Shown: positions 24,338-37,329, counted from the stretch's first letter. The stretch: 64,000 nucleotides of DNA from Squalus acanthias (GCA_030390025.1 JASTWF010000034.1:2790001-2854000); one strand, 5' to 3'. Notes: generated from the letters alone by a model not told the origin. Program-made: numbers and translations.

Positions 24338-25711
24338 TATCAGCGTGTTGCAGCGAGGTGTATGGGTTAAATCAGAGAGTTGCAGTGAGACATGTGGGGT
24401 ATATGACAGTGTTACAGTCAGGGGTGTGGGATATATCATATAGTTAAAGTGAGTCGGGTGGGGTATATCAGTGTGTTACAGTGAAGAGTGTGGTGTATAT
24501 TAGTATTACAGTGAGAGGTGTCGGGTAAATCACAGTTTTACAGCGAGGGGTGTTGGGTATAACAGAGTATTACAGTGAGGGGTGTGGGGTATATCAAAGT
24601 GTTACAGCGAGGGGTGTGGGGTATATCGGAGTGTTACATTGATGTTTGTTGGGTATATGAAAGTGTTACAGCGAGGGGTGTGGGGTATATCAAAGTGTTA
24701 AAGTGATGTGAGTGGGGTATATCGGTCTGTTACAGTGAGAGGTTTGGGATAAGTAAGAGAATTTAAGTGAATGGTGTGGTGTGTATCACAGTGTTAAAAG
24801 GAGGTGAGTGGGGTATATCGGTCTGATACAGTGAGAGGTTTGAAATATGTAAGAGATGATTCAATTAGGGGTATATCAGAGTGTTACAGTGAGGTGTGTG
24901 AGGTATATCAGTGTTAACTGAAGGGGAGCGGCGTACAACAGAGTGTTACCATAAGGGGTGTGGGGTATACCGGTGTGTTACACGAAGGCATGTGTGGGGT
25001 ATATCAGAGTGCTGTAATCAGGAGATTGGGTTTGCATCAGAGTGCTACAGTTACGGGAGTGGGGTACATCAGAGTAATACAATGACCGGTGTTGGGATTA
25101 TCAGAGTGTTACAGTGAGGGGTGTGGTATATAACAGAGTATTACCGTCAGGGGTTTGGGGTTATATCAGTGTGTTACATTGAGGGGTGTCGGGCATATCA
25201 GAGTGTTACAGCGAGGTGTATGGAGTATATCACAAACTGTTACAGTGAGGGGCGTGGGGTGTAACGGTGTGTTACAGTGAGATGTTTGGGGTATGTAAGA
25301 GAGTGTTACAGTCAGGAGTGTGGGCTATATCAGTGTTATAGTGAGGAGTGTGGTTTATATCAGTGTGTTACAGTGAGGGGTTGTGGGGTATATCAGATTA
25401 TTATAGTGATTGATGGGGGGTATATCAGTGTTACAGTGAGGGGTGTTCAGTATCTCAATATTACAATGAGGGTTGTGGGGTATATCAGTGTGTTACAGCG
25501 AGAAGTTTGGTGTATGAAAGAGAGTGGGGTGTATCTGAGTGTTGCAGTGAGCGATGTGGGTTTATCAGAGTGTAGTGAGCTATACCAGTGTGTTACAGTA
25601 AGTGTTGTGGGGTATATCAGAGTGTTAAAGTGAATGGTGTTGGGTATATCAGAGTGTTACAGTGAGGTGAGTGGAGCATTGCTCTGTATCTAATCCATGT
25701 GTATCTGCCTG

Positions 25712-25845
25712 TTCCAATGAAAGGTCATCGACCTGAAACTTTAACTCTGTTTCTTTCTCCACAGATGCTGCTGACCTGCTGAGTATTTCCAGCATTTTCT
25801 GTTTTTACTTCAGATTTCCAGCATCCACAGTATTTTGCTTTTGTG
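25712..25845 (+). mobile_element. Penelope-like terminal fragment with degenerate hammerhead core
   Basis: ccaatgaaaggtcatcgacctgaaac...cacagatgctgc; near copy of 15612-15743. Confidence 0.65.
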
Positions 25846-26981
25846 CGCCTGTCTGAAAATGTTTGAGGGAGCTTTAAGAACATTAGAAATAGGAGTAGGT
25901 GTCGGCCATGTAAGGAGTGGGGTCAACCTTCGCTTTCTGACACAGTGAGCGGTTCGAATCACTCCAACACCCCTCCGATCCCTAGACTTTGGGCTTATTT
26001 CGGGGTTGTGAACAAAATTGCAGTAAACAGGTTCTGATGAAAGAAATGTACTTTATTAAAAGAAAAAAAAGTAACAAACTTGAAACACACTTATTACTTA
26101 GAGACAGATTCGGGGAACACATGGTACAAGCGAGGGAAATGACAATATTTCAAGCAAAACCTTATCCCTCCCAAAGATCCCACTATCTGGCTAGGTTTTT
26201 GGTTTCAGAAGATCAGGGATATTGCTCACCAACGAACCCTTGACAGGATAGTCGCTCTGGTTTCTTCTTGCGTGCTGGTATTCTGGCCTCCTTCCTCGCG
26301 GCTTGTGGTAAGTTTTGCTGGAGCAGGGAGAGAGCTGTGTTCGCGTCGTCAGTCAGTCCAAAAAGAGAGAGAATATGGCACAGGCTTTCAAATTATACTG
26401 TTTCTTTTTCGTGCCTAAAAACCCCTTACTAAAACGAATTTCTTTTTGAATGTAAATGGCCCTTGCTTCGTCCAATTGTCTAGTTTTTGGCGGGCTGGCC
26501 AGTTTCGATGATTTTTGCTTAGTGTTAATCGTTTTCCGATTTAAAAACACGGCCTTATCTACGCGCGAAATCTTCACCCTATTGTCCTTCTGTTGGCGGG
26601 CTTTTAAATCTGTTCTCTGGATACCTGGTTGATTGTTTTTTTGATGGGATAATGGCTATGAAACTGTGTGATCGAAGTTATATTGTCATTGAATCGTTTG
26701 TAGATTTCCAGCATCTTGTTTGCCCCTGGGGATCCATATTTGAGTGTGTTTGTGAGTTTTGCTATTGTCTCAAACAATTCCCAGACAGCTTGATCTGTTC
26801 ACTGACCGGCCACGCCCCTCGCAGCTTGTGTCTGTGAAAAAAATGTCTCTCCCAACAATAAGATTCGAAAAGTCATTTTCCTCAGGGTTTCCTTCTTGTG
26901 ATCTTTAGGTTTTTACATCAAATCACTTCACTGAGGTCCCATCATCCCAAGTTTGTATGAAAAGTCCAAAAATCACTCCCT

Positions 26982-27980
26982 TTAGGGCTCTGTTCGAGTT
27001 TCTGGGTGATTTTGTGTGGCTGCAGCGCCCTCGTTCATATCTGTGGGCTCCTCCCAGCCTGAGGCTGCGGGCGGGGGATCCTTCTCTCTCTCTTCTTCCA
27101 GTACCACCTCTCCTGTGAAACCCTCACTGTTGGAGGCTGTAGGATGGGAGTCCCCAACTTTAGAACGCTCCCTGCTCTTGGGCGCTTTTCTTTGGGTGGG
27201 ACCCTCTAAACAGATACACCTGTGCCCACAGTAGCCTTTGCTGTGGTGTGCTAGGGGGGACATGCTTAGGGCTTTGTCCACTGGGGGTGTGCTTGAGTCC
27301 CACATAATCGGTGGAGTGACCTCTCCCATGAGACAACACACTGTCCCTCCCGCTGCAGCTTGTGCGTCTGCCACAACTGCGGCTGGCTGCGGATTTCTAA
27401 CTTGGGGGCCAGCCAGCTTTGCTGGCTGTTCCCTTTTAGGTTTAAACAGTTTACATTGGTCAATCTCCCACCCATGGATTCTCTGGGGTTCTAACAGCAG
27501 CCGATCTTTCTGGTGCCGGCTCCCCAGGTTACTGGCTGCTTGCCAGTGAACCTGTTTATAAATCTCGTCCTCTGCCCTGAACGGACCTACTAGGGACTCC
27601 ACACTCTCTCTCTTTACCAGGCCGGCCTTAAAGACGGGATTCTGGGCTTGGACCTGCTTTAAGTCCCGGGGAAAAGCTACCCCCTGTGTGCCTCCCTTGT
27701 CTCGGATTGCAGCTACCGGACCTGCTTTATAGGGATCCCATAACTCTCCTTCACTGGCCCCCTGCTTGGCCAAATTGTCGGCCTTTTGGTTACCCTCCCA
27801 CGTGGTATGGAGGGATCCTAAATCTATGTCCAAATGTTTGGACATTGCCCCAGCCTGCTTGTTCCCTGTGATTCCCATTAAACTGTAGGGGACCCCGTTA
27901 AACCTGGGTGAATTGGTCAGGTCTTCTGAATGGACCACCGTGCTGGCAGCTCCGGTGTCCACCAAACACCTCCCCTGCAC
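26982..27980 (-). pseudogene. pol: Deleted pro-pol remnant: protease fused to RNase H C-terminus
   Basis: CLVDTGA aspartyl protease motif; GNQKADNLAKQGA; no RT or integrase core motifs seen. Confidence 0.75.
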
Positions 27981-28059
27981 TTTCTCTACCCCCTTCTTAA
28001 CATCGTATCCCGGGGAACACAGGTAGACAGGTTGCGCTGGTTCCAGTCATAGGTCTGAG

Positions 28060-29540
28060 TTAGGGGGGGGGGGCTGATGGGATTAATGCACTAGTAGCTA
28101 CATTCCCTGGATCACCAAACAGGACTCTGATGGCCGCTACTATTGTGTCCAGTGTGGGGGAAGAGGTCGGTGCCTCTACTTTTGGGGCAAAAGCTGGGGA
28201 ATTCTTTGTGAGCATATCCTTCCAGGGATTTCTACAGTTTTTTCTCCAGTGCCCCCTCTTCCCGCACCCGAAGCAGTTACGCTTCGTGTCGGAAGATTTA
28301 CCACCTTCCTGGTGCCACTCCTTCTTATCCTGACTGGGCTTTATCTCATGCACCTTCCCTTTCGGTGGGGTGTCTTCAGCTCCCCTACCGTTCCGGTAGG
28401 CTAGGGTCAGTTGCCTGACCACTGCCTCCTCGGTGACCCGGGGATCTCTTGTGTCAAACCAAAGCTCAGCCATGGCTTTTACTCGTGGCAAGCTGTTTGT
28501 CACTAGGCTACGGAGCCAGTGGGCCAGCTCGTCCCTGTTCAGGTTAGCCCTGTCGAGAACAAGCACAACTGTACACCGGCCACAGCCTGTCGGCGAAAGC
28601 CTGTGGCGTCTCCTCTGCGAGCTGCACTGTTTTCTCCACCCGGGAGAAAGGACTTCCCTCATTCATTCCCATGGCCTCTAAAACTTCCTCCCTGAGGGCA
28701 GCATACATGTTCTGTCCTTTCTTGCTCTCAGTAGAGAGTGACTGGTAGAATTTGCCATCTAATGAAAACAGGAGCAATTTTGCCATTTTGGCATCGTCAC
28801 AATCGTTAATGGCTCCTGATTGTTCCACCTCCATGAAGTGGACTGAGGGGTCTTCCTTTTGGGTAAGTTTACTCAGGTGGCTTACCATAGCCCTAAGCTG
28901 TTGTGTACCTTGGGGAGCCAAGAATTGACTTTCAAGGGGTCCCTGACCTCCACCACCGGCGGGCGGGCCGAATTTTTGCTGTCGTGCAGGGCACATTGAC
29001 CCTGGCTCCGACTTCTCCTGCATCGGTTCGCCCCCCTCTCCCTGCTGCCAGACCGAGTCAAAACTCGGCGCCACAGGCGCTGGTGTGCACTCCCTGTCAG
29101 CCTCACAGATTGTCTGCCCCTCCTGCTGCCTAACCAAGCTTCTCCTTGGCGCCACAGGTGGTGGTCGAACAGTCTCCCCCTGCTCTTCCAGGTCTGCCCT
29201 GGCCGCACCCGGGCTTATCAGGCACAGCATGCCTTTTGCCTTGGACAGAGCAAGGTTCAGACTCTCAATCTGCTTCTGACAGGGGCCGTGGTCCCCTACC
29301 TCAAACTCCCTTGTACTGGCTACTCTATAGGCTGCCTGAACATCGTTTAACTTCTCTGTGAGTTCCCTTAATTGCTTGGCAAGGCGGGTGTTCTCTTCCC
29401 GCAATGCCAGTTCACTACTTTTGGCCTCGGTGGCCTGACACTGGAGGTATCCCTTACTGGCACGGTGTTCCTCCAGCATCTGTGACTGTTCCTGATCTTT
29501 TGTGCCGAGCTCTGCTAACAACATATCCCCTGCTATAGCT
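28060..29540 (-). pseudogene. gag: gag remnant, frameshifted, N-terminus deleted
   Basis: Coiled-coil region, capsid-like segment, CFGCGKRGHWRKNC zinc knuckle; split across two ORFs. Confidence 0.8.
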
Positions 29541-30591
29541 CTGGCACGTAGACTTTGGGCTTATTTAGGGGTTGTGAACAAAATTGCAGTAAACAGGTTC
29601 TGATGAAAGAAATGTACTTTATTAAAAGAAAAAAAAGGTAACAAACTTGAAACACATTTATTACTTAAACACAGATTCGGGGAACGCACGGTACAAGCGA
29701 TTGAAATGACAATATATCAAACAAAACCTTATCCCTCCCAAAGATCCCACTATCTGGCTAGGTTTTTGGTTTCAGGAGGTCAGGGATAATGCTCACCAAC
29801 GAATCGTTGACAGAATAGTCGCTCTGGTTTCTTCTTGCGTGCTGGTATTCTGGCCTCCTTTCTCGTGGCTTGGGGTAAGTTTTGCTGGAGCAGGGAGAGA
29901 GCTGTGCTCGCGTCGTCAGTCAGTCCAAAAAGAGAGAGAATATGGCACAGGCTTTCAAATTATACTGTTTCTTTTTCGCGCCTAAAAACCCCTTACTAAA
30001 ACGAATTCCTTTTTGAATGTAAATGACCCTTGCTTCGTCCAATTGTCTAGATTTTGGCGGGCTGGCCAGTCCCGATGGTTTTTGCTTAGTGTTAATCGTT
30101 TTCCGATTTAAAAACACGGCCTTATCTACGCGCCAAATCTGCACCCTATTGTCCTTCTGTTGGCGGGCTTTTAAATCTGTTCTCTGGATACCTGGTTGAT
30201 TGTTTTTTGATGGGATAATGGCTATGAAACTGTGTGAGCGAAGTTATATTGTCATTGAATCGTTTTTAGATTTCCAGCATCTTGTTTGCCCCTGGGGATC
30301 CATATTTGAGTGTGTTTGTGAGTTTTGCTATTGTCTCAAACAATTCCCAGACAGCTTGATCTTTTCACTGACCGGCCACGCCCCTCGCAGCTTGTGGCTG
30401 TGAAAAAAATGTCTCTCCCAACAATAAGATTCGAAAAGTCATTTTCCTCAGGGTTTTCTTCTTGTGATCTTTAGGTTTTTACATCAAATCACTTCACTGA
30501 GGTCCCATCATCCCAAGTTTGTCTGAAAAGTCGAAAAATCACTCCATTTACGGCTCTGTTCGAGTTTCTGGGGGATTTTGCGAAGCCTTCA

Positions 30592-31392
30592 GGCCATTTG
30601 GACCTTCGAGCAGGTTCTGCCATTCAATATGATAATGGCTGTTCTTCTACCTCATCTCCACTTTTCTGCACTATCCCCATATCCCTTCATTCCCTCAATA
30701 TTCAAAAATCTATCGATCCGTGTCTTGAATATACTCAATGACTGAGTCTCCACAACACTCTGGGCTATAGAATTCTAAAGAGTCGCCACCCTCTGAGTGA
30801 AGAGATTTCTCCTCATCTCAGACCTAAATGGCCGTCCCCTTCTTCTGAGACTGTGACCCCTGGTTCTCGACTCCCAGGCGAGGGGAAACATCCTCCCTGC
30901 ATCTAACCAGTCAAGCATAGTAAGCATTTTGTATGTTTCAATTAGATCACACCTCATTCTTCTAAACTCGAGAGAATATAGGCTTCGTCTACTCAATCTC
31001 TCCTCATAGGACAATCCCCCCATGCCAGGAACCAGTCTGGTGAACCTTCCTTGCACTCCCTCTTTGACAAGTATATCCTTCCTTAGGTAAGGAGACCAAA
31101 ATTGTAAACAATACTCCAGGAGTGTACCTCACCAGGGCAATATATAATTGCAATAAAACGTCTTTACTTTTATACTCAAATCCTCTTGTAATGACGGCCA
31201 ACATACCATTTGTTTTCCTAATTGCTTGCTGTACCTGCAGGTTAAAGTTCACTGATTCATGTACAAGAACACCCAGGTCCCTCTGAATACCAACATTTCC
31301 CAATCTCTCACCATTTAAAAAATACTCTAGTAGGAAAAATAGAAAAGCAAAGTGGATAACCTCACATTTTTCAGCATTATATTCCATCCACA
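30592..31392 (-). mobile_element. CR1 3' fragment; its extreme tail (25875-25908) was separated by the provirus
   Basis: YSLEFRRMR, RTRGHSL; tail rejoins across the ggcca TSD. Confidence 0.88.
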
Positions 31393-32467
31393 TATTACTT
31401 CCATGTAAGTTATTAAAATATTAATCACAATGCAACCAAACAATTAACAAATATAAGGTGTTGTATTTATTTAATTCGCAGTATTAAAAAGCACTGAACA
31501 AAATGGGTATCCGTCTTTTCAACTTCAATAACTTCCATAAATAAACGGGTTCGTTTTGAACCAGCACACCACTCATGTAACAGGTCAGAAAAACACATAC
31601 ACAATTTGTGTCACTGAATTATAAACAAAAAGCAGGAAAAACTGTGATTTAACAGAAATAAACATCTGTCTTTCTTTCTGGACAGGAGAACCAGTCAGAC
31701 TGACTGAGAAATGTTTACTCATATGTTGATGTAAAGATTTATAATTTACCAATTTCGCTCCCAGTGTTTTTCTGTCAAACATTCTCCACAATATTATTCC
31801 CTGCTCTTATCAAGAAAAATGTTGAATTATTTTAGGTACTTCACAATTACAAGCGGAGAACAAACTTCATTGTACTCACAATTTTTAATCTCCCATATCA
31901 AACATTCAATCGAATTGTAAGTTATCAGTTTAATCAAAGTATTTTCTGTGTCTTTCTCAATAAACAAATAAAATAGTTTCCTGCAATTTTTATACATCAT
32001 CACATATCTCTTGTTTCTGTTAACACTTCCCTAAATGTTTAAGAGGAAATCTGTATTTACATTATTCCTGTGACTTGTTAGGACTATAGAACGACAGGCA
32101 AAATAAAAGGTTTTGTTTTGTTTCTTCCAAAATCATATTCAAAACTTAGGGGGTGGAAATGTTTTTAACACTCATTTATTGTGAAAAGTACATTAAAAAT
32201 CTTTAAATTCTTTCAAGTTTCATTGCAGCTTTGACAGAAGAAGTTGCTCCAAGTTTATCTTTCCCCCTGCAATGCTGTCGTTAAACATACAACAAACAAA
32301 ATAAAATAAATACTAATTCCAAGCGGAGCTCAAATCAGAAAGTGATTAACATGGCTAAACGTGCTGAGAAAGCGGAGAGGTTATCTCTCCCCAGCCCTGG
32401 CGATGAGTTGGGATCAGTGCTGTACTTGCCCTGGAAGCATTTGATTGGGACCGTGCAGAGAGCTTTA

Positions 32468-33168
32468 GGGGTAAAAATTCAGTTGGTTGCGCCTCCCGTT
32501 AGCGCCTTAAGAGGGCGCTAATGGGGCGCAAAGCCGCTAACGCCCGGGCGCAGCGATGTTTGCGCTGCTCGAGAACTTAACGAGATTGTGCGGCGGCGCT
32601 AAAACTTACTGCTGCGACCACCTGCGCGCGCAGATTGTGACGTCATTCCATGGTGCAACGCCCTTGTGGCGCCCCGGAGCGGAAATTGAGTGGCGCCCTC
32701 TGCCTTACCGCCTGGCGCTTCCAACGACCGGAAGACTGGAACGCTATCAATCGCTGTGGGGCTGGGGGGGGGGGGCGCTATTTAAAGGGGGGCTCTTCCT
32801 GTCTTTTATTGTTGGTGGCATGTTTGAACTACGCATTCTGAGAGAGAGAGGGAGAGACTTCTGGAGAGATTCAACGTTGTGTGAAGGAGTTTTGGGTACT
32901 GAGCAGCACTTTGCAGGTTCATTTTGATTTGCCATTCCTTGTATCGATTTAGCAGAGACTGTGGGAGCTGCACTCTGAGCTCTTTGCCTGGTACTCTCCA
33001 TTGTTCTTTCCAGCACATTTGATGTGCAAGTCTCTCCAGGCCGAGATTCAAGGTTGCAATGAGCAGGATGTGGATGGAAAGCAAGATTAACCATCCCCTT
33101 TAAGAACTGGCCCGTGCCATTGTGTGTGTGTTCCATTCCCAAATGGGGCGCGACCTAATTTCTACCCC
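32468..33168 (+). mobile_element. Non-autonomous PIF/Harbinger derivative with both TIRs
   Basis: TIRs ggggtaaaaatt / aatttctacccc; left ~450 bp is homologous to the reverse complement of 14960-15378. Confidence 0.8.
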
Positions 33169-33170
33169 CT

Positions 33171-34188
33171 TGTGACCAAGAGCTTTTCAGACGCTGGGAA
33201 GCTATCAGCTTGTGTATTCCGATGTCAGCAACAGGAAGTTCACGAAACCAGACGGGACCTTTCCTTATGCATTACAATCAGGTCTATGCATAAGGCTTTC
33301 AAGGTTTTTGCTCAAATAATCAGCGGGGACATTGAGACGGGGCAGCCCCCCTATCAACGAAACTGTTCTGGACAATCATCGAACCTGTCGAACAATAGTG
33401 GAGCAGTTGAAGAACTGATATCATACAATCACCGGCCATCTAACATGATGGACCGAGACCAGTACCTTTTGTTAAAATTCATCATGCCCAGATCAGACAA
33501 TAGAAATGAGCTGATCTGAAGGGAGATTAGTGCGACCGGGAGGGGTATAACTGGGAAGACCCAGCCATTCTCTCTCTCTCTCTCTCTGCCTGGACCCCGG
33601 TTCGCTCTGTCTGCCGGCCAGCAGCCCAGAAAGAAGATGACCAGAAACTTCGCAGCCACATGTCGACGGCAGAAACAGAGCACAGGGCCAGGCTTTTTCC
33701 ATCCATTTCACCGGTGAGCAGTTATCTTCTTCTGTCTGTCGCAAGACAATTTTAGTTAGGCATAAGGGTGGGAATTAATGGGGATATTGCTAAAATTGTA
33801 ATTTTAGGATTTCCCTCGATGTGTCCGTTCTCCTCCCATGTTAAGTGTAAAACCGTCTTCATATGATACAGTTTCTCTGTAGTTTTACTTCTGTAAATAA
33901 AGATTGGTTTTCTTCGCACCAATCCACGGGTCTGTTCGTTTGTCCTTATCGCTGCTCGATAAGTCCTGGGCTCAGAACTAATAAGGGGATAGCGATTCGT
34001 AACCGCACAGCGGGCAGGCCAGTCCAGGAAAAGATAACTGGCTGACCTACAAATAAGGCCGAGACAAAAAAACCCTTATAGTTTGGGTATTGGGCCCCTC
34101 CGTCCGCTCCAGCTCACTGTGCGGCCTGTGAATTTAAGTGCGCAGGATCTTACAGATCGCCGCGCAGCCAAGAACCGTCCAGGTAACA
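33171..34188 (+). mobile_element. Solo LTR, ~1018 bp, a third LTR family
   Basis: TGTGACC...GGTAACA inverted termini; TATAA near 33546; AATAAA at 33896; no TSD. Confidence 0.72.
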
Positions 34189-34189
34189 T

Positions 34190-34350
34190 TGCTCAGCAGG
34201 TCAGGCAGCATCTGTGGAGAGAGAAACTGAGTCAATGTTTCAGCTCGATGACCTTTCATCAGAACTGGAAAATGTCACAGATGTAACAGATTTTAAGCAT
34301 GTATAGAGGCAGTGAAAGGGGGGATGGGAGGAAAGAACAAAAGGGAGGGT
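34190..34350 (-). mobile_element. Penelope-like terminal fragment with intact CTGATGA and GAAAC hammerhead boxes
   Basis: Minus strand reads ccagttCTGATGAaaggtcatcgagctGAAACattgact. Confidence 0.7.
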
Positions 34351-34599
34351 CTGTGTTGTACCTGCCCTGGGTGTATTTGGTGGGATTGGGTAGCGGGAGC
34401 ATTACTCATGCTGTACTTGCCTTGGGAGAATTTGATGGCACAGTGCAGAGGGAGATTTACCCAATACCTAACAGGTGCTGCACCTGCTGTGGAAATGTTT
34501 GATGAGGCAGTGTAGAAGTAGATTTAACCTGTATCTAACCCATGCTGTACCTGCTCTTGGAGTATTTGATGGGGCAGTGTAGAAGGAACTTTAATCTAT

Positions 34600-34885
34600 T
34601 ACATTACATAGTATTTACAGCACAGAAACAGGCCATTCAGCCCAACAGGTCCATGCCGGTGGTTCTGCTCCACAGGAGCCTCCTCCCACCCTACTTCATC
34701 GCACATCCTTCTATTCCTTTCTCTCTCATGTACTTATTCAGCTTCCCATAAAATGCATTGATGTTATTCGCATCAACTACTCCATGTGGCAGCGAGTTCC
34801 ACATTCTCACCACTCGCTGGGTAAAGATGTTTCTCCTGAATTCTTTGTTGGATTTATTATTTACTATCTTATATTGATGGCCATT
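34600..34885 (-). mobile_element. Short old CR1 3' tail fragment
   Basis: acagcacagaaacaggccattc...gagttccacattctcaccactc. Confidence 0.65.
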
Positions 34886-35254
34886 AAATAATCGAAGCCC
34901 TGTACCTGGCCTGGGAGTGTTTGATGGGAGAGTGTAGAGGGAGCTTTACTCTGCATCTAACCCGTGCTGTACCTGCCCTGGGAGTGTTTGATGGGACAGT
35001 GTAGAGGGAGCTGTACACTTTTTCTAACCCGTATTGTATCTGCCTGTGAGTGTTACCCACAGCACCAGCGGCTTTTAAATTCCCCGACTGTCACCCGCAC
35101 TGCCGTTTCTCCCCCCATCTGCATCTCTAACTCCCCGCTCCCCGTGAAATTCCCGTTTTTATCCCCCCTGTTAATTCATCCCCTCCGCTGTCCAAACTGC
35201 CCCCGTTTATCTCCATCACCCCTGTAAAATATCCCCGTCTACAACGCCCTGAAT

Positions 35255-37325
35255 ACTATACGCGTGACACCCCCTGTATACTATAACCCTGTGACACCCC
35301 CTGTACACTATACCCAGTGACACCCCCCTGTATGCTATACCAGTGAAAACCCCTGTACACTAGACCCCTGTGACACGCCCCGTATACTATAACCCTATGA
35401 TTCCCCCTGTATACTCTACCCCTGTGACACCCCCATTTGCAGACGACACTAAACTAGGAGGGGGGGTGGGCTCAGAGGAGGAGACCAGGAAGCTCCAGAG
35501 CGATTTGGACAGACTGGGTGATTGGGCGGATAAATGGCAGATGCACTATAATGTGGACAAGTGCGAAGTTATCCACCTTGGGTGCAGGAACGGGAGGGCA
35601 AATTATTATTTAAATGGCAATAAATTGGGAGAGGGGGAAGTACAGAGAGACCTGGGGGTTCTTGTACACCAGTCACTGAAGGCGAGCATGCAGGTGCAAC
35701 AGGCGGTCAAGAAGGCAAACGGTATGCTGGCCTTCATAGCAAAAGGGTTGGAATACAGGAACAGGGATACCTTGCTGCAGCTGTACAGGGCACTGGTGAG
35801 ACCACACCTCGAGTACTGTGTACAGTTTTGGTCGCCTCATCTGAGGAAAGATGTTCTTGCCATGGAGGGGGTGCAGCGGCGATTCACCAGGCTGATACCA
35901 GGAATGGCGGGATTGACCTATGAGGAGAGACTATGTAGTTTAGGGATGTACACACTGGAGTTTAGAAGATTGAGAGGGGACCTCATAGAAGTGTATAAAA
36001 TTCTGACAGGTCTAGACAGGCTAGATGCAGAAGGAATGTTTCCCTTGGCGGGTGAGAACAGAACTAGAGGACATAATTTAAGGATAAGGGCTAAACCATT
36101 TAGGACAGAAATGAGGGGGAATTTCTTCACTCAGAGGGTGGTGAACCTGTGGAACTCATTGCCACAGTGGGCAGTGTACGCCAGCTCATTAAATATATTT
36201 AAGAGGGAATTAGATATATTTCTACAGGCAAAAGGGGTTAAGGGTTACGGAGAGAAGGCGGGGACGGGATACTGAATTGGAGGATCAGCCATGATCTCAT
36301 TAAATGGCGGAGCAGGCTCGAAGGGCCGGATGGCCTACTCCTGCTCCTATCATCTATGTATCTATGTATCTATGTATACACTATACCGGTGACACCCCCC
36401 TGTATACTATACCCCTGTGACACCCCCTGTACAGTATACCCCGTGACACCACCCTGTATACTATAACCCAGCGACACAACTTCTGTATACTATACCAGTG
36501 ACACCCCCTGTACATTATACCACGTGACACCCCCCGTATGCTATACCCGTGAAAACCACTGTACACTACACCCGTGACACCCCCCGTATACTATACCCGT
36601 GACACCCCTATATACTATACCCGTGACACCCCCTGTACTCTATACCCGTGACAACCCCGTATACTATACCCCTGTGACAACCCCTGTATACTATATCCCT
36701 GTGATACTCCCCTGTATACTATACCCATGACAACCCCTGTACACTAAACCCCTGACACTCCCCTGTATACAATACCCCTGTGACACTCCCCTGTATACTA
36801 TACCCCTGTGACACAACCCCTGTGTACTATACCCGTGACACCCCCTGTATTATATACCCATGTCACACACCCCAGTGTACTATAGCGCTGTGACACCACC
36901 CACATATATTATACCCCTGTGACACTCCCCTGTATACAACACCACTGTGACACCACACTGTAAACTACACCCCTGTGACATCCGCTGTACACGAGAACCC
37001 TGTGACACTCCCCCGTATTACTATTCCCCTGTGACAGCCCCCGTATATTATACTTGTTACACCCCCTGTATACAATACCCGTGACACACAGCTATATACT
37101 ATACCCCCGTGACAAACCCTGTATACAATACCCATGACACACCCCTTTATACTATACCCGTGACAACCCTTTTATACTATACCCCTGACACTCCACTGTA
37201 TACTATACCCATGACATCCCATGTATACAATACCCGTGACACACCCCTGTATACTATACCCCTGTGACATCCCACTGTACATTATAACTCTGCGACACTT
37301 CCGCTTAATACTATACCCATGAAAC
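35255..37325. repeat. 24-28-bp C-rich minisatellite; continues at 41221-41445
   Basis: Unit tatactataccc(ct)gtgacaccccctg. Confidence 0.93.
35435..36376 (+). mobile_element. Young 5'-truncated CR1 inserted in the minisatellite
   Basis: Open from FADDTKLGG to GYGEKAGTGY; tail (tatctatg)n. Confidence 0.95.
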
Positions 37326-37329
37326 CACC

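Larger units (their letters stand above)
20430..25670. repeat. ~32-bp G-rich satellite array interrupted by a CR1 and a solo LTR
   Basis: Unit agagtgttacagtgaggggtgtggggtatatc in blocks 20430-21537, 22381-23220 and 24338-25670. Confidence 0.95.
25909..30591 (-). mobile_element. Internally deleted LTR retroelement (ERV-like provirus) with two ~1.1-kb LTRs
   Basis: TGTAAGG...CCTTCA termini; 5-bp TSD ggcca; direct repeats 25985-27014 and 29550-30580; minus-strand AATAAA at 26052-26057. Confidence 0.92.

Noticed and set aside
20430..25670. CRISPR-like periodicity
   Set aside because: Head-to-tail degenerate units with no unique spacers, no cas genes, eukaryotic context
25945..25965. tRNA T-loop-like GGTTCGAATC
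   Set aside because: No cloverleaf or A box; lies within the LTR end
31585..31791. Conserved small protein shared with 46472-46690
   Set aside because: Similarity extends equally into non-coding flanks as part of the inverted duplication; non-ATG starts
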